64,000 nucleotides of DNA. Origin: Mobula hypostoma (Eukaryota). The translations under genes were made by a program, and so were the position numbers. Below are positions 37,601-50,488 of the stretch, piece by piece. Position 1 is the stretch's first letter; each line of letters opens with the position of its first letter. The notes under the pieces were generated by a model. The model saw only the letters and a program-made list of their open reading frames with translations. It did not search any database and was not told the DNA's origin. The DNA is taken from the NCBI RefSeq assembly GCF_963921235.1, contig NC_086120.1:9114001-9178000 (forward strand), written 5' to 3'.

Positions 37601-40600
37601 CTAAGGGATCATCGAGGCTGGGGTACTTGGAGCTTGGCTGCGGGATCATCGAGGCTGGGGTACTTGGATCTTGGCCACGGCATCATCGAGGCTGGGGTAC
37701 TTGGAGCTTCGCTGCGGGATCATCGAGGCTCGGGTACGGAGCTTGGCTGCGGGATCATCGAGGCTGGGGTACTTAGAGCTTCGCTACGGGATCATCGAGG
37801 CTGGGGTACGGAGCTTCGCTGAGGGATCATCGAGGCTGGGGTACGGAGCTTGGCTGCGGGATCATCGAGGCTGGGGTACTGAACTTGGCTGCGGGATCAT
37901 CGAGGCTGGGGTACGGAGCTTGGCTGCGGGATCATCGAGGCTGGGGTACGGAGCTTGGCTGCGGGATCATCGTGGCTGGGGTACGGAGCTTGGCTGCGGG
38001 ATCATCGAGGCTGGGGTACGGAGCTTGGCTGCGGAATCATCGAGGCTGGGGTACGGAGCTTGGCTGCGGGATCATCGAGGCTGGGGTACGGAGCTTGGCT
38101 GCGGGATCATCGAGGCTGGGGTACGGAGCTTGGCTGCGGGATCATCGAGGCTGGGGTACGGAGCTTGGCTGCGGGATCATCGAGGCTGGGGTACGGAGCT
38201 TGGCTGCGGGATCATCGAGGCTGGGGTACGGAGCTTGGCGCGGGATCATCGAGGCTGGGGTACTTGGAGCTTCGCTGCGGGATCATCGAGGCTGGGGTAC
38301 TTGGAGCTTGGCTGCGGGATCATCGTGGCTGGGGTACGGAGCTTGGCTGCGGGATCATCGAGGCTGGGGTACGGAGCTTGGCTGCGGAATCATCGAGGCT
38401 GGGGTACGGAGCTTGGCTGCGGGATCATCGAGGCTGGGGTACGGAGCTTGGCTGCGGGATCATCGAGGCTGGGGTACGGAGCTTGGCTGCGGGATCATCG
38501 AGGCTGGGGTACGGAGCTTGGCTGCGGGATCATCGAGGCTGGGGTACGGAGCTTGGCTGCGGGATCATCGAGGCTGGGGTACGGAGCTTGGCGCGGGATC
38601 ATCGAGGCTGGGGTACTTGGAGCTTCGCTGCGGGATCATCGAGGCTGGGGTACTTGGAGCTTGGCTGCGGGATCATCGAGGCTGGGGTACGGAGCTTGGC
38701 TGCGGAATCATCGAGGCTGGGGTACGGAGCTTGGCTGCGGGATCATCGAGGCTAGGGTACTTGGAGCTTCGCTGCGGGATCATCGAGGCTGGGGTACTTG
38801 GAGCTTGGCTGCGGGATCATCGAGGCTGGGGTACGGAGCTTGGCTGCGGGATCATCGAGGCTGGGGTACTCAGCTTGGCTGCGGGATCATCGAGGCTGGG
38901 GTACGGAGCTTGGCTGCGGGATCATCGAGGCTGGGGTACGGAGCTTGGCTGCCGTATCATCGAGGCTGGGGTACGGAGCTTGTCTGCGGGATCATCGAGG
39001 CTGGGGTACGGAGCTTGGCTGCGGGATCATCGAGGCTGGGGTACGGAGCTTGGCTGCGGGATCATCGAGGCTGGGGTACGGAGCTTGGCTGCGGGATCAT
39101 CGAGGCTGGGGTACTAAGCTTGGCTGCGGGATCATCGAGGCTGGGGTACGGAGCTTGGCTGCGGGATCATCGAGGCTGGGGTACGGAGCTTGGCTGCGGG
39201 ATCATCGAGGCTGGGATACGGAGCTTGGCTGCGGGATCATCGAGGCTGGGGTACTTGGATCTTGGCTGCGGGATCATCGAGGCTTTGGTACTTGGATCTT
39301 GGCTACGGGATCATCGAGGCTGGGGTACTTGGTGCTTCGCTGCGGGATCATCGAGGCTGGGGTACGGAGCTTGGCTGCGGGATCATCGAGGCTGGGGTAC
39401 TTGGAGCTTCGCTACGGGATCATCGAGGCTGGGGTACGGAGCTTCGCTGAGGGATCATCGAGGCTGGGGTACGGAGCTTGGCTGCGGAATCATCGAGGCT
39501 GGGGTACTGAGCTTGGCTGCGGGATCATCGAGGCTGGGGTACGGAACTTGGCTGCGGGATCATCGAGGCTGGGGTACGGAGCTTGGCTGCGGGATCGTCG
39601 AGGCTGGGGTACGGAGCTTGGCTGCGGGATCATCGAGGCTGGGGTGCAGAGCTTGGCTGCGGTATCATCGAGGCTGGGGTACGGAGCTTGGCTGCGGGAT
39701 CATCGAGGCTGGGGTACGGAGCTTGGCTGCGGGATCATCGAGGCTGGGGTACGGAGCTTGGCTGCGGGATCATCGAGGCTGGGGTACGGAGCTTGGCTGC
39801 GGGATCATCGAGGCTAGGGTACGGAGCTTGGCTGCGGGATCATCGAGGCTTGGGTACGGAGCTTAGCTGCGGGATCATCGAGGCTGGGGTACGGAGCTTG
39901 GCTGCGGTATCATCGAGGCTGGGATACGGAGCTTGGCTGCGGGATCATCGAGGCTGGGGTTCTTGGACCTTAGCTGCGGAATCATCGAGGCTGGGGTACT
40001 TGGAGCTCGGCTGCGGGGTTTTCGAGGCTTGGAGCTTGGCTGCGGGATCTTCAAGCCTGGGTTCTTGGAGCTTGGCTGCGGGATCTTCAAGCTTGGGTTC
40101 TTGGAGCTCGGCTGCGGGGTCTTCGAGGCTTGGAGCTTGGCTGCGGGATCTTCAAGCTTGGGTTCTTGGAGCTTGGCTGCGGGATCATGGAGGCTGGGGT
40201 ACGGAGCTTGGCTGTGGGATCATCGAGGCTGGGGAACGGAGCTTGGCTGCGGGATCATCGAGGCTGGGGTACGGAGCTTGGCTGCGGGATCATCGAGGCT
40301 GCGGTACTGAGCTTGGCTGCGGGATCATCGAGGCTGGGGTACGGAGCTTGGCTGCGGGATCATCGAGGCTGGGGTACGGAGCTTGGCTGCGGGATCATCT
40401 AGGCTGGGGTACGGAGCTTGGCTGCGGGATCATCGAGGCTGGGGTACGGAACTTGGCTGCCGGATCACCGAGGCTGGGGTACGGAGCTTGGCTGTGGGAT
40501 CATCGAGGCTGGGGTACTTGGAGTTTGGCTGCGGGATCATCGAGGCTGGGGTACGGGGCTTGGCTGCGGGATCATCGAGGCTGGGGTACGGAGCTTGGCT

Positions 40601-43600
40601 GCGGGATCATCGAGGCTGGGGTTCTTGGAGCTTGGCTGCGGAATCATCGAGGCTGGGATACGGAGCTTGGCTGCGGGATCATCGAGGCTGGGGTTCTTGG
40701 AGCTTGGCTGCGGAATCATCGAGGCTGGGGTACTTGGAGCTCGGCTGCGGGGTTTTCGAGGCTTGGAGCTTGGCTGCGGGATCTTCAAGCTTGGGTTCTT
40801 GGAGCTTGGCTGCGGGATCTTCAAGCTTGGGTTCTTGGAGCTCGGCTGCGGGGTCTTCGAGGCTTGGAGCTTGGCTGCGGGATCTTCAAGCTTGGGTTCT
40901 TGGAGCTTGGCTGCGGGATCATCGAGGCTGGGGTACGGAGCTTGGCTGCGGGATCATCGAGGCTGGGGTACGGAGCTTGGCTGCGGGATCATCGTGGCTG
41001 GGGTACGGAGCTTGGCTGCGGGATCATCGAGGCTGGGGTACTGAGCTTGGCTGCGGGATCATCGAGGCTGGGGTACGGAGCTTGGCTGCGTGATCATCGA
41101 GGCTGGGGTACGGAGCTTGGCTGCGGGATCATCGAGGCTGGGGTACGGAGCTTGGCTGCGGGATCATCGAGGCTGGGGTACTTGGAGCTTCGCTACGGGA
41201 TCATCGAGGCTGGGGTACGGAGCTTCGCTGAGGGATCATCGAGGCTGGGGTACTGAGCTTGGCTGCGGGATCATCGAGGCTGGGGTACGGAGCTTGGCTG
41301 CGGGATCATCGAGGCTGCGGTCCTGAGCTTGGTTGCGTGATCATCGAGGCTAGGGTACGGAGCTTGGCTGCGGGATCATCGAGGCTGGGGTACGGAGCTT
41401 GGCTGCGGGATCATCGAGGCTGGGGTACGGAGCTTGGCTGCGGGATCATCGAGGCTGGGGTACGGAGCTTGGCTGCGGGATCATCCAGGCTGGGGTACGG
41501 AGCTTGGCTGCGGGATCATCGAGGCTGGGGTACGGAGCTTGGCTGCGGGATCATCGAGGCTGGGGTACGGAGCTTGGCTGCGGAATCATCGAGGCTGGGG
41601 TACGGAGCTTGGCTGCGGGATCATCGAGGCTAGGGTACTTGGAGCTTCGCTGCGGGATCATCGAGGCTGGGGTACTTGGAGCTTGGCTGCGGGATCATCG
41701 AGGCTGGGGTACGGAGCTTGGCTGCGGGATCATCGAGGCTGGGGTACTCAGCTTGGCTGCGGGATCATCGAGGCTGGGGTACGGAGCTTGGCTGCGGGAT
41801 CATCGAGGCTGGGGTACGGAGCTTGGCTGCCGTATCATCGAGGCTGGGGTACGGAGCTTGGCTGCGGGATCATCGAGGCTGGGGTACGGAGCTTGGCTGC
41901 GGGATCATCGAGGCTGGGGTACGGAGCTTGGCTGCGGGATCATCGAGGCTGGGGTACGGAGCTTGGCTGCGGGATCATCGAGGCTGGGGTACTAAGCTTG
42001 GCTGCGGGATCATCGAGGCTGGGGTACGGAGCTTGGCTGCGGGATCATCGAGGCTGGGGTACGGAGCTTGGCTGCGGGATCATCGAGGCTGGGATACGGA
42101 GCTTGGCTGCGGGATCATCGAGGCTGGGGTACTTGGATCTTGGCTGCGGGATCATCGAGGCTTTGGTACTTGGATCTTGGCTACGGGATCATCGAGGCTG
42201 GGGTACTTGGAGCTTCGCTGCGGGAACATCGAGGCTGGGGTACGGAGCTTGGCTGCGGGATCATCGAGGCTGGGGTACTTGGAGCTTCGCTACGGGATCA
42301 TCGAGGCTGGGGTACGGAGCTTCGCTGAGGGATGATCGAGGCTGGGGTACGGAGCTTGGCTGCGGGATCATCGAGGCTGGGGTACTGAGCTTGGCTGCGG
42401 GATCATCGAGGCTGGGGTACGGAACTTGGCTGCGGGATCATCGAGGCTGGGGTACGGAGCTTGGCTGCGGGATCATCGAGGCTGGGGTACGGAGCTTGGC
42501 TGCGGGATCATCGAGGCTGGGGTGCAGAGCTTGGCTGCGGTATCATCGAGGCTGGGGTACGGAGCTTGGCTGCGGGATCATCGAGGCTGGGGTACGGAGC
42601 TTGGCTGCGGGATCATCGAGGCTGGGGTACGGAGCTTGGCTGCGGGATCATCGAGGCTGGGGTACGGAGCCTGGCTGCGGGATCATCGAGGCTAGGGTAC
42701 GGAGCTTGGCTGCGGGATCATCGAGGCTTGGGTACGGAGCTTAGCTGCGGGATCATCGAGGCTGGGGTACGGAGCTTGGCTGCGGTATCATCGAGGCTGG
42801 GATACGGAGCTTGGCTGCGGGATCATCGAGGCTGGGGTTCTTGGAGCTTAGCTGCGGAATCATCGAGGCTGGGGTACTTGGAGCTCGGCTGCGGTGTTTT
42901 CGAGGCTTGGAGCTTGGCTGCGGGATCTTCAAGCCTGGGTTCTTGGAGCTTGGCTGCGGGATCTTCAAGCTTGGGTTCTTGGAGCTCGGCTGCGGGGTCT
43001 TCGAGGCTTGGAGCTTGGCTGCGGGATCTTCAAGCTTGGGTTCTTGGAGCTTGGCTGCGGGATCATGGAGGCTGGGGTACGGAGCTTGGCTGTGGGATCA
43101 TCGAGGCTGGGGAACGTAGCTTGGCTGCGGGATCATCGAGGCTGGGGTACGGAGCTTGGCTGCGGGATCATCGAGGCTGCGGTACTGAGCTTGGCTGCGG
43201 GATCATCGAGGCTGGGGTACGGAGCTTGGCTGCGGGATCATCGAGTCTGGGGTACGGAGCTTGGCTGCGGGATCATCGAGGCTGGGGTACGGAGCTTGGC
43301 TGCGGGATCATCGAGGCTGGGGTACTTGGAGCTTGGCTACGGGATCATCGAGGCTGGGGGACTTGGAGCTTCGCTGCGGGATCATCGAGGCTGGGGTACG
43401 GAGCTTGGCTGCGGGATCATCGAGGCTTGGGTACTTGGAGCTTCGCTACTGGATCATCGAGGCTGGGGTACGGAGCTTCGCTGAGGGATCATCGAGGCTG
43501 GGGTACGGAGCTTGGCTGCGGGATCATCGAGGCTGGGGTACTGAGCTTGGCTGCGGGATCATCGAGGCTGGGTTACGGACCTTGGCTGCGGGATCATCGA

Positions 43601-45846
43601 GGCTGGGGTACTGAGCTTGGCTGCGGGATCATCGAGGCTAGGGTACGGAGCTTGGCTGCGGGATCATCGAGGCTGGGGTACGGAGCTTGGCTGCGGGATC
43701 ATCGAGGCTGGGGTACGGAGCTTGGCTGCGGGATCGTCGAGGCTGGGGTACTTGGAGCTTCGCTGCGGGATCATCGAGGCTGGGGTACGGAGCTTGGCTG
43801 CGGGATCATCGAGGCTGGGGTACGGAGCTTGGCTGCGGGATCATCGAGGCTGGGGTACGGAGCTTGGCTGCGGGATCATCGAGGCTGGGGTACGGAGCTT
43901 GGCTGCGGGATCATCGAGGCTGGGGTACGGAGCTTGGCTGCGGGATCATCGAGGCTGGGGTACTTGGAGCTTCGCTGCGGGATCATCGAGGCTGGGGTAC
44001 TTGGAGCTTGGCTGCGGGATCATCGAGGCTGGGGTACGGAGCTTGGCTGCGGGATCATCGAGGCTGGGGTACTGAGCTTGGCTGCGGGATCATCGAGGCT
44101 GGGGTACGGAGCTTGGCTGCGGGATCATCGAGGCTGGGGTACGGAGCTTGGCTGCGGGATCATCGAGGCTGGGGTGCAGAGCTTGGCTGCGGTATCATCG
44201 AGGCTGGGGTACGGAGCTTGGCTGCGGGATCATCGAGGCTGGGGTACGGAGCTTGGCTGCGGGATCATCGAGGCTGGGGTACGGAGCTTGGCTGCGGGAT
44301 CATCGAGGCTGGGGTACGGAGCTTGGCTGCGGGATCATCGAGGCTAGGGTACGGAGCTTGGCTGCGGGATCATCGAGGCTTGGGTACGGAGCTTGGCTGC
44401 GGGATCATCGAGGCTGGGGTACGGAGCTTGGCTGCGGTATCATCGAGGCTGGGATACGGAGCTTGGCTGCGGGATCATCGAGGCTGGGGTTCTTGGAGCT
44501 TAGCTGCGGAATCATCGAGGCTGGGGTACTTGGAGCTCGGCTGCGGGGTTTTCGAGGCTTGGAGCTTGGCTGCGGGATCTTCAAGCCTGGGTTCTTGGAG
44601 CTTGGCTGCGGGATCTTCAAGCTTGGGTTCTTGGAGCTCGGCTGCGGGGTCTTCGAGGCTTGGAGCTTGGCTGCGGGATCTTCAAGCTTGGGTTCTTGGA
44701 GCTTGGCTGCGGGATCATGGAGGCTGGGGTACGGAGCTTGGCTGTGGGATCATCGATGCTGGGGAACGGAGCTTGGCTGCGGGATCATCGAGGCTGGGGT
44801 ACGGAGCTTGGCTGCGGGATCATCGAGGCTGCGGTACTGAGCTTGGCTGCGGGATCATCGAGGCTGGGGTACGGAGCTTGGCTGCGGGATCATCGAGGCT
44901 GGGGTACGGAGCTTGGCTGCGGGATCATCTAGGCTGGGGTACGGAGCTTGGCTGCGGGATCATCGAGGCTGGGGTACGGAACTTGGCTGCCGGATCACCG
45001 AGGCTGGGGTACGGAGCTTGGCTGTGGGATCATCGAGGCTGGGGTACTTGGAGTTTGGCTGCGGGATCATCGAGGCTGGGGTACGGGGCTTGGCTGCGGG
45101 ATCATCGAGGCTGGGGTACGGAGCTTGGCTGCGGGATCATCGAGGCTGGGGTTCTTGGAGCTTGGCTGCGGAATCATCGAGGCTGGGATACGGAGCTTGG
45201 CTGCGGGATCATCGAGGCTGGGGTTCTTCGAGCTTGGCTGCGGAATCATCGAGGCTGGGGTACTTGGAGCTCGGCTGCGGGGTTTTCGAGGCTTGGAGCT
45301 TGGCTGCGGGATCTTCAAGCTTGGGTTCTTGGAGCTTGGCTGCGGGATCTTCAAGCTTGGGTTCTTGGAGCTCGGCTGCGGGGTCTTCGAGGCTTGGAGC
45401 TTGGCTGCGGGATCTTCAAGCTTGGGTTCTTGGAGCTTGGCTGCGGGATCATCGAGGCTGGGGTACGGAGCTTGGCTGCGGGATCATCGAGGCTGGGGTA
45501 CGGAGCTTGGCTGCGGGATCATCGTGGCTGGGGTACGGAGCTTGGCTGCGGGATCATCGAGGCTGGGGTACTGAGCTTGGCTGCGGGATCATCGAGGCTG
45601 GGGTACGGAGCTTGGCTGCGTGATCATCGAGGCTGGGGTACGGAGCTTGGCTGCGGGATCATCGAGGCTGGGGTACGGAGCTTGGCTGCGGGATCATCGA
45701 GGCTGGGGTACTTGGAGCTTCGCTACGGGATCATCGAGGCTGGGGTACGGAGCTTGGCTGCGGGATCATCGAGGCTGGGGTACTGAGCTTGGCTGCGGGA
45801 TCATCGAGGCTGGGGTACGGAGCTTGGCTGCGGGATCATCGAGGCT
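34671..45846 (+). repeat. Tandem array of a 35-bp unit GGAGCTTGGCTGCGGGATCATCGAGGCTGGGGTAC with 36/37-bp variants, ~315 units, ending at gap 2
   Basis: Read directly. The unit has 16 G, 7 C, 7 T, 5 A and 3 CpG. Measured length 11176 bp. Confidence 0.99.
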
Positions 45847-46269
45847 NNNNNNNNNNNNNNNNNNNNNNNNNNNNNNNNNNNNNNNNNNNNNNNNNNNNNN
45901 NNNNNNNNNNNNNNNNNNNNNNNNNNNNNNNNNNNNNNNNNNNNNNNNNNNNNNNNNNNNNNNNNNNNNNNNNNNNNNNNNNNNNNNNNNNNNNNNNNNN
46001 NNNNNNNNNNNNNNNNNNNNNNNNNNNNNNNNNNNNNNNNNNNNNNNNNNNNNNNNNNNNNNNNNNNNNNNNNNNNNNNNNNNNNNNNNNNNNNNNNNNN
46101 NNNNNNNNNNNNNNNNNNNNNNNNNNNNNNNNNNNNNNNNNNNNNNNNNNNNNNNNNNNNNNNNNNNNNNNNNNNNNNNNNNNNNNNNNNNNNNNNNNNN
46201 NNNNNNNNNNNNNNNNNNNNNNNNNNNNNNNNNNNNNNNNNNNNNNNNNNNNNNNNNNNNNNNNNNNNN
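45847..46269. other. Assembly gap 2 (423 N)
   Basis: Run of N. Confidence 1.
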
Positions 46270-46942
46270 GCACCTTGGCCCCAGAAGAACGCTCTCTTTG
46301 GACTGTCTCCGAGTATCGTTGGAATCATAATTAAACTTGATTCCATTCGATTTGACTTCACCTGAAAAGGTGCATCAGAGCTGAGACTGTAAGCTGTCAA
46401 TTCTAGGAGTTTTGTTAGATTCGAAGGAATCGATGGAGCCAGTCAGCTCCTCAAGCGTCATTGTTTGGTCCCCACATTTAGAACGAATTCAACCCTCAAA
46501 TTGCCAAAATGGGTTTGAACTTCAGGACTGAATGACTGATGTGGGAACAGGAAGCCTGCACTGCGCTATCACAGACCAGGTTAGTTCTGCAGATGCTGGA
46601 AATCCAAGCAACACACACGAAATGCTGGAGGAACTCAGCAGGCCTGGCAACATCTATGAAAAACAGTACATTCGACGTTTCGGGCCGCGACCATTCAACA
46701 GCCCGCACTGTCCTGCCCTGTTGTCACTGGAGGTGTGAGGGGCATCTGTGGAACGAAGGAAGGAATCAGCGAAATAAAGGCAGAGTTTGGGAAATGTCGG
46801 ACAATGAATGACTTTTTCATTCGTAATTTGTTTTTAACAGATCAGTCAGTTGCTAACAATGTCGCCACCTCAACCCGATGGTACGTGACAGCATATGGGA
46901 GGGTTTCCGATCCCCGCTCTGACTGGTCAGTGTCAGTCACCC

Positions 46943-46984
46943 TGATTTGCGTGGATTCCCTCCCGGGTGTGAATGGCTCTATAA
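46943..46984 (+). promoter_or_regulatory. Ig promoter, variant octamer + TATA-like box (copy 2)
   Basis: Same TGATTTGCGT and TATAA as copy 1, at +24983. Confidence 0.6.
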
Positions 46985-47064
46985 CCGGGTTCCACTGGCA
47001 GCGGCGGTCAGTCAGTCACAGATCCATCGACAGGCAGGAGGCAGGAAGCTGACGGGCAGCAACG

Positions 47065-47109
47065 ATGCGGACGCTGTGTTTTTCTGGTCTCTGGCAGTGT
47101 GTCTGGGCT
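47065..47109 (+). pseudogene. IgL: Ig light-chain leader exon (copy 2), same 45-nt frameshifted form
   Basis: Same T5 run (ctgtgtttttctgg) and GTAAGT donor. Confidence 0.8.
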
Positions 47110-47212
47110 GTAAGTACAGGCGGCAAGACTGCACCACCAGTGGTGGCTGAGGTGGGTCTTGGGGGGTCAGATTAAAGAGTCAATGTTAAAATTGAATTCC
47201 TGTCTTTCATAG

Positions 47213-47563
47213 CTGGAGAGTCCCAGACTCTGGCTCAGACTCCGACCGTGTCGATGAGACCAGGAGCCACGGCCAGGCTGAATTGTGACATCGGATCAAA
47301 GGATGACAATCGTGAGAACTGGTACATGCAGACTCCGGGAACAATTCCACAATGGATCCTAAATGACCATGATTCCTGGAATAGCCTAAACTACGCCCCT
47401 GGGATTAGCAGTGACCGTTTCACGTCGACAGTCAACAGCGCCGGCACCGAGTATCAGTTAATCCTAAACAGGGTGGAGATGAATGACGCTGCCGTCTATT
47501 ACTGCGGAAAGTGGGCTACACGAACCAGTACTTTCGGCCGTGGGACAAAGCTCTTTGTTACAG
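47213..47563 (+). CDS. IgL: Sigma-type pre-joined V-J exon (copy 2)
   Basis: Translation identical to copy 1, including CDR3 GKWATRTST. Confidence 0.93.
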
Positions 47564-48501
47564 GTAGGTGTCTAGGAAATATCTCCTGCAATAACCACGG
47601 CATAAATACGGCCACCCGGCAATTAATAATTTATACGTTATAATTTCCTAGCGAGTATTAAAGTGAAAGTATTGATTTACAATTTAATCGTGTTTCGAGT
47701 TCAACGTCAGTTTTACGGGACGGAGTTGTGTTTGGTGAATTGTTACCTTCTCTTAATGAAACATTTCTCTTTTCGATTGGGTTTTCCGACAAACTATGAT
47801 TTAACATTTTATGATCATTAGTGCTATTTCTGTTCTAGTGTTAGTTTGTCAGTTTTTATGTTGTTTTGATAGGAACGAAAGAGAAGGGACACAGTGGGGC
47901 AGGCCTTTGCCGACTGAAGACAGTCCATGACAATACATCAGAACGACAGGTTTCAAGTTATTGTTCAGCACATTCCCGCGAAACATCCCTCGGACAGTTA
48001 CTGGACTTGCTGTCCTCCCAGTGAGGGTGGAACTCTCCTCCAGCACCCATCAATTAAAATATCCTCTCCCAGTGCCCAGCCCTCGCCTCCTGGCGCTTTG
48101 ATGCCAGTGTGTCTCTCAATTCCGGGAATGACTCAGTGCCAAAAAGCTTCACCCGTTGGAGTAGATTTCCAGTATTCCATTTTAAGCAATACGCACTGTC
48201 CTCCATGGGCACTGCACTGTCTTTCAGTGAGACTCGCAGCCCCACTCAATGAACCTGAAACCTTTCATTTGCACTCTGTCAAATTGTGGAGGACCCGGAA
48301 GCGATTAACTCCACGGGGTATGTACTGTTTTATAGACGGTAGTAACTATATTTTACTCTGAGTATACTTACTATCTTTTAAATATTGAAAGTCTGCACTT
48401 TGTGTATATATGATGTCAATAAACTTTTATAGTTTTGTAAAGAAAAATGACGAGAGATCGTTCGCGTTGTGAAACACGCCTTTTTTTTTGTTCTCGTTCA
48501 G

Positions 48502-48824
48502 CTCGGCAACTCCCGGACCCGTCAGTGAAACTGCTTGGGCCATCAGCCGAGGAGATCTCCGCTAAAGGAGCGGGCACCTTAGTTTGCCTGGTCAGTAAAT
48601 TGTCGATCGGCTTCCCTGTCGTCAGCTGGACAGTGAACGACAGTCCGACGAGCAGTGAGGTGCAAACCAGCGGGGTGACTCAGAACGCGGACAAAACCTT
48701 CAGTCTCAGCAGCTACCTGACGGTGCCCGGCGCAGACTGGAGCAGTGGGAAGAGGTACTCCTGCTCAGTTCAACAAGGAGCAGCCTCGACAACATCCGCA
48801 ACAGTCACACAGTCCAGCTGTTAA
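48502..48824 (+). CDS. IgL: Ig light-chain constant exon (copy 2)
   Basis: As copy 1 except ATA>ACA (Ile>Thr, position 48793) and a silent CAA>CAG (48812). Confidence 0.95.
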
Positions 48825-49106
48825 ACAGAGCGCGGCTTCGGCCTTGTTTGTTCCCGATTAACGGGAGATCATAGCCTTGTATCTTTCACCTCTACCTCTC
48901 TCACTCGCTCTTCACTGTACTTCCCTTCTGTTCCGCTCTCTGTAGTTTCCACTGTGGTGTTGGAATATTTGTACTCTGATTTGAGGCGGATTTTGTTCTT
49001 TTTCCTACTGAGAGGCTACACGGTGGTAACGCGGGCAGTTACTTCTTGAAATTTCAGGCTGTGAATGGTTTTCTCTGAAATTGGGGTTGGTTTAATTAGA
49101 ATAATT

Positions 49107-49112
49107 AATAAA
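49107..49112 (+). terminator. Candidate polyadenylation signal (copy 2)
   Basis: AATAAA at the position equivalent to 24123. Confidence 0.6.
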
Positions 49113-50488
49113 CGTTTTGTGATACATTATCAGTATCAGACTGACAACCGGTAATGGTGACTAACTACCAATAAAGATGATCAGTGCAGGAATGATTTCT
49201 GTGTGCTCCTTTCGTCTTCTTTCGTGTTTTCCCTATTCTGATACCGAGTGGGAGGAGGGAAGAGAGAGGAGACTCGTCTCTCTCTGGTTCGTGAAGTTCA
49301 GGAAATCTCTCCGGGAGCCTTGGACACCGAATATCAGCAACGAAAGACGGGAAGTTCCATTGCGGAGATACTGGAAAGAATCGGGTCAGGGTGGTGGGTT
49401 GACTGTGAGGCTGCGATGTAAAATGAGAACAAAGCAGTTGGTTTTGGGAAGGTTAGTAAAGGAAATGAACATAAACGTGGCTGGAAATATTCAGTTTCTG
49501 TAGCAACACTGGTGGAGAGAGGAATAAATTGTAATTGCATTCCGGGCTAATGAAGTTTTGCCAGAAATGACCAATACTGACACAAACTGGACAGTCTGGT
49601 TATCTGAGACAGTTGAAATAAAGACCGGGTCACAAGGTTGATGTTTAAGTTCTGTTCCTCAATTATCTATTGAGCGATGGCGTGTCGTGCGGGAGTCCGG
49701 AGACAAAGTAGTTCGGGATTTGGTTCGGCGGATTAGTTCCGGATCACTTTTCCACTTCCCTCTCAACTGTACTCTCGGCCTCCCTCCCATCTCCTTCGCA
49801 ACCCCACCCACTCCGCCAATGCTTCCTAGACTGAAACCTTATCTTCTCCCCATTTGCAGCGCCACTGCAATCATTTCCCAACCCTGTTCCGAATTTAATC
49901 CTTCCTCTCCCTCCCCACCAACTCGCTCAGAGCCCTCCACCGCTGACCCCGCCTCATCCCCTTGCCGTTACTTCGATGGACGGGGTAGTCGCCATTGGGC
50001 GATTCAGTCCGGGATTTCAAACAATGACTGTTTCCCTCGGCTTAGCATGATAATGGTGGCAGAGGGAGGAAGAGTGTGTGTGTCAGAGAAAGAGAGATAT
50101 ACACAGAGGGAAGGAGAGATGGGATGGATAGAGAGAGGGGGTGACAGAGAAACAGCCGATAGCGAAGGTGAGATCAGAGAATGAAACGCCCAGGAGACAG
50201 AAAGGCGAGAAGGGAACCGGTTGGGAGAGTTGCGGGATGGGTAACAGAGGGGAGGTAAAGAGAGAACCAGCAATCCTGGTACAACTGGAAGTGTATTCAG
50301 TGCTGTTTGTACTTGCATGGAAAGGTCGAGTGGAGGGGAAATCCAAGGTTCGACTTCGCCCTGCACAGAGTTCCTGAGAAAGAAAACGCACTCACAAAAA
50401 CACCACCCCCGATGGGCAAGTCCCACCATTCCAATCAAACAAAGAAACCTCACACCGACCTGTTCCCAAGTTGCTCTCTGAGTTCCTA

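Larger units (their letters stand above)
21289..45846. repeat. Duplicated ~25-kb unit, copy 1 (Ig light-chain gene + nested LTR elements + tandem array)
   Basis: Every ORF from 21513 to 34611 recurs at +24983/+24984 with identical translation, except one I/T change in the Ig C exon. Confidence 0.97.

Noticed and set aside
34673-45846. Long + strand ORFs (up to 731 aa) of repeating AAGSSRLGYGAWLRDHRGWGTELGCGIIEAGVRSL
   Set aside because: The 35-bp consensus has no + strand stop and rotates through all frames every 105 nt. The ORFs overlap in all three frames, mostly start at TTG or other non-ATG codons, and break at random indels.
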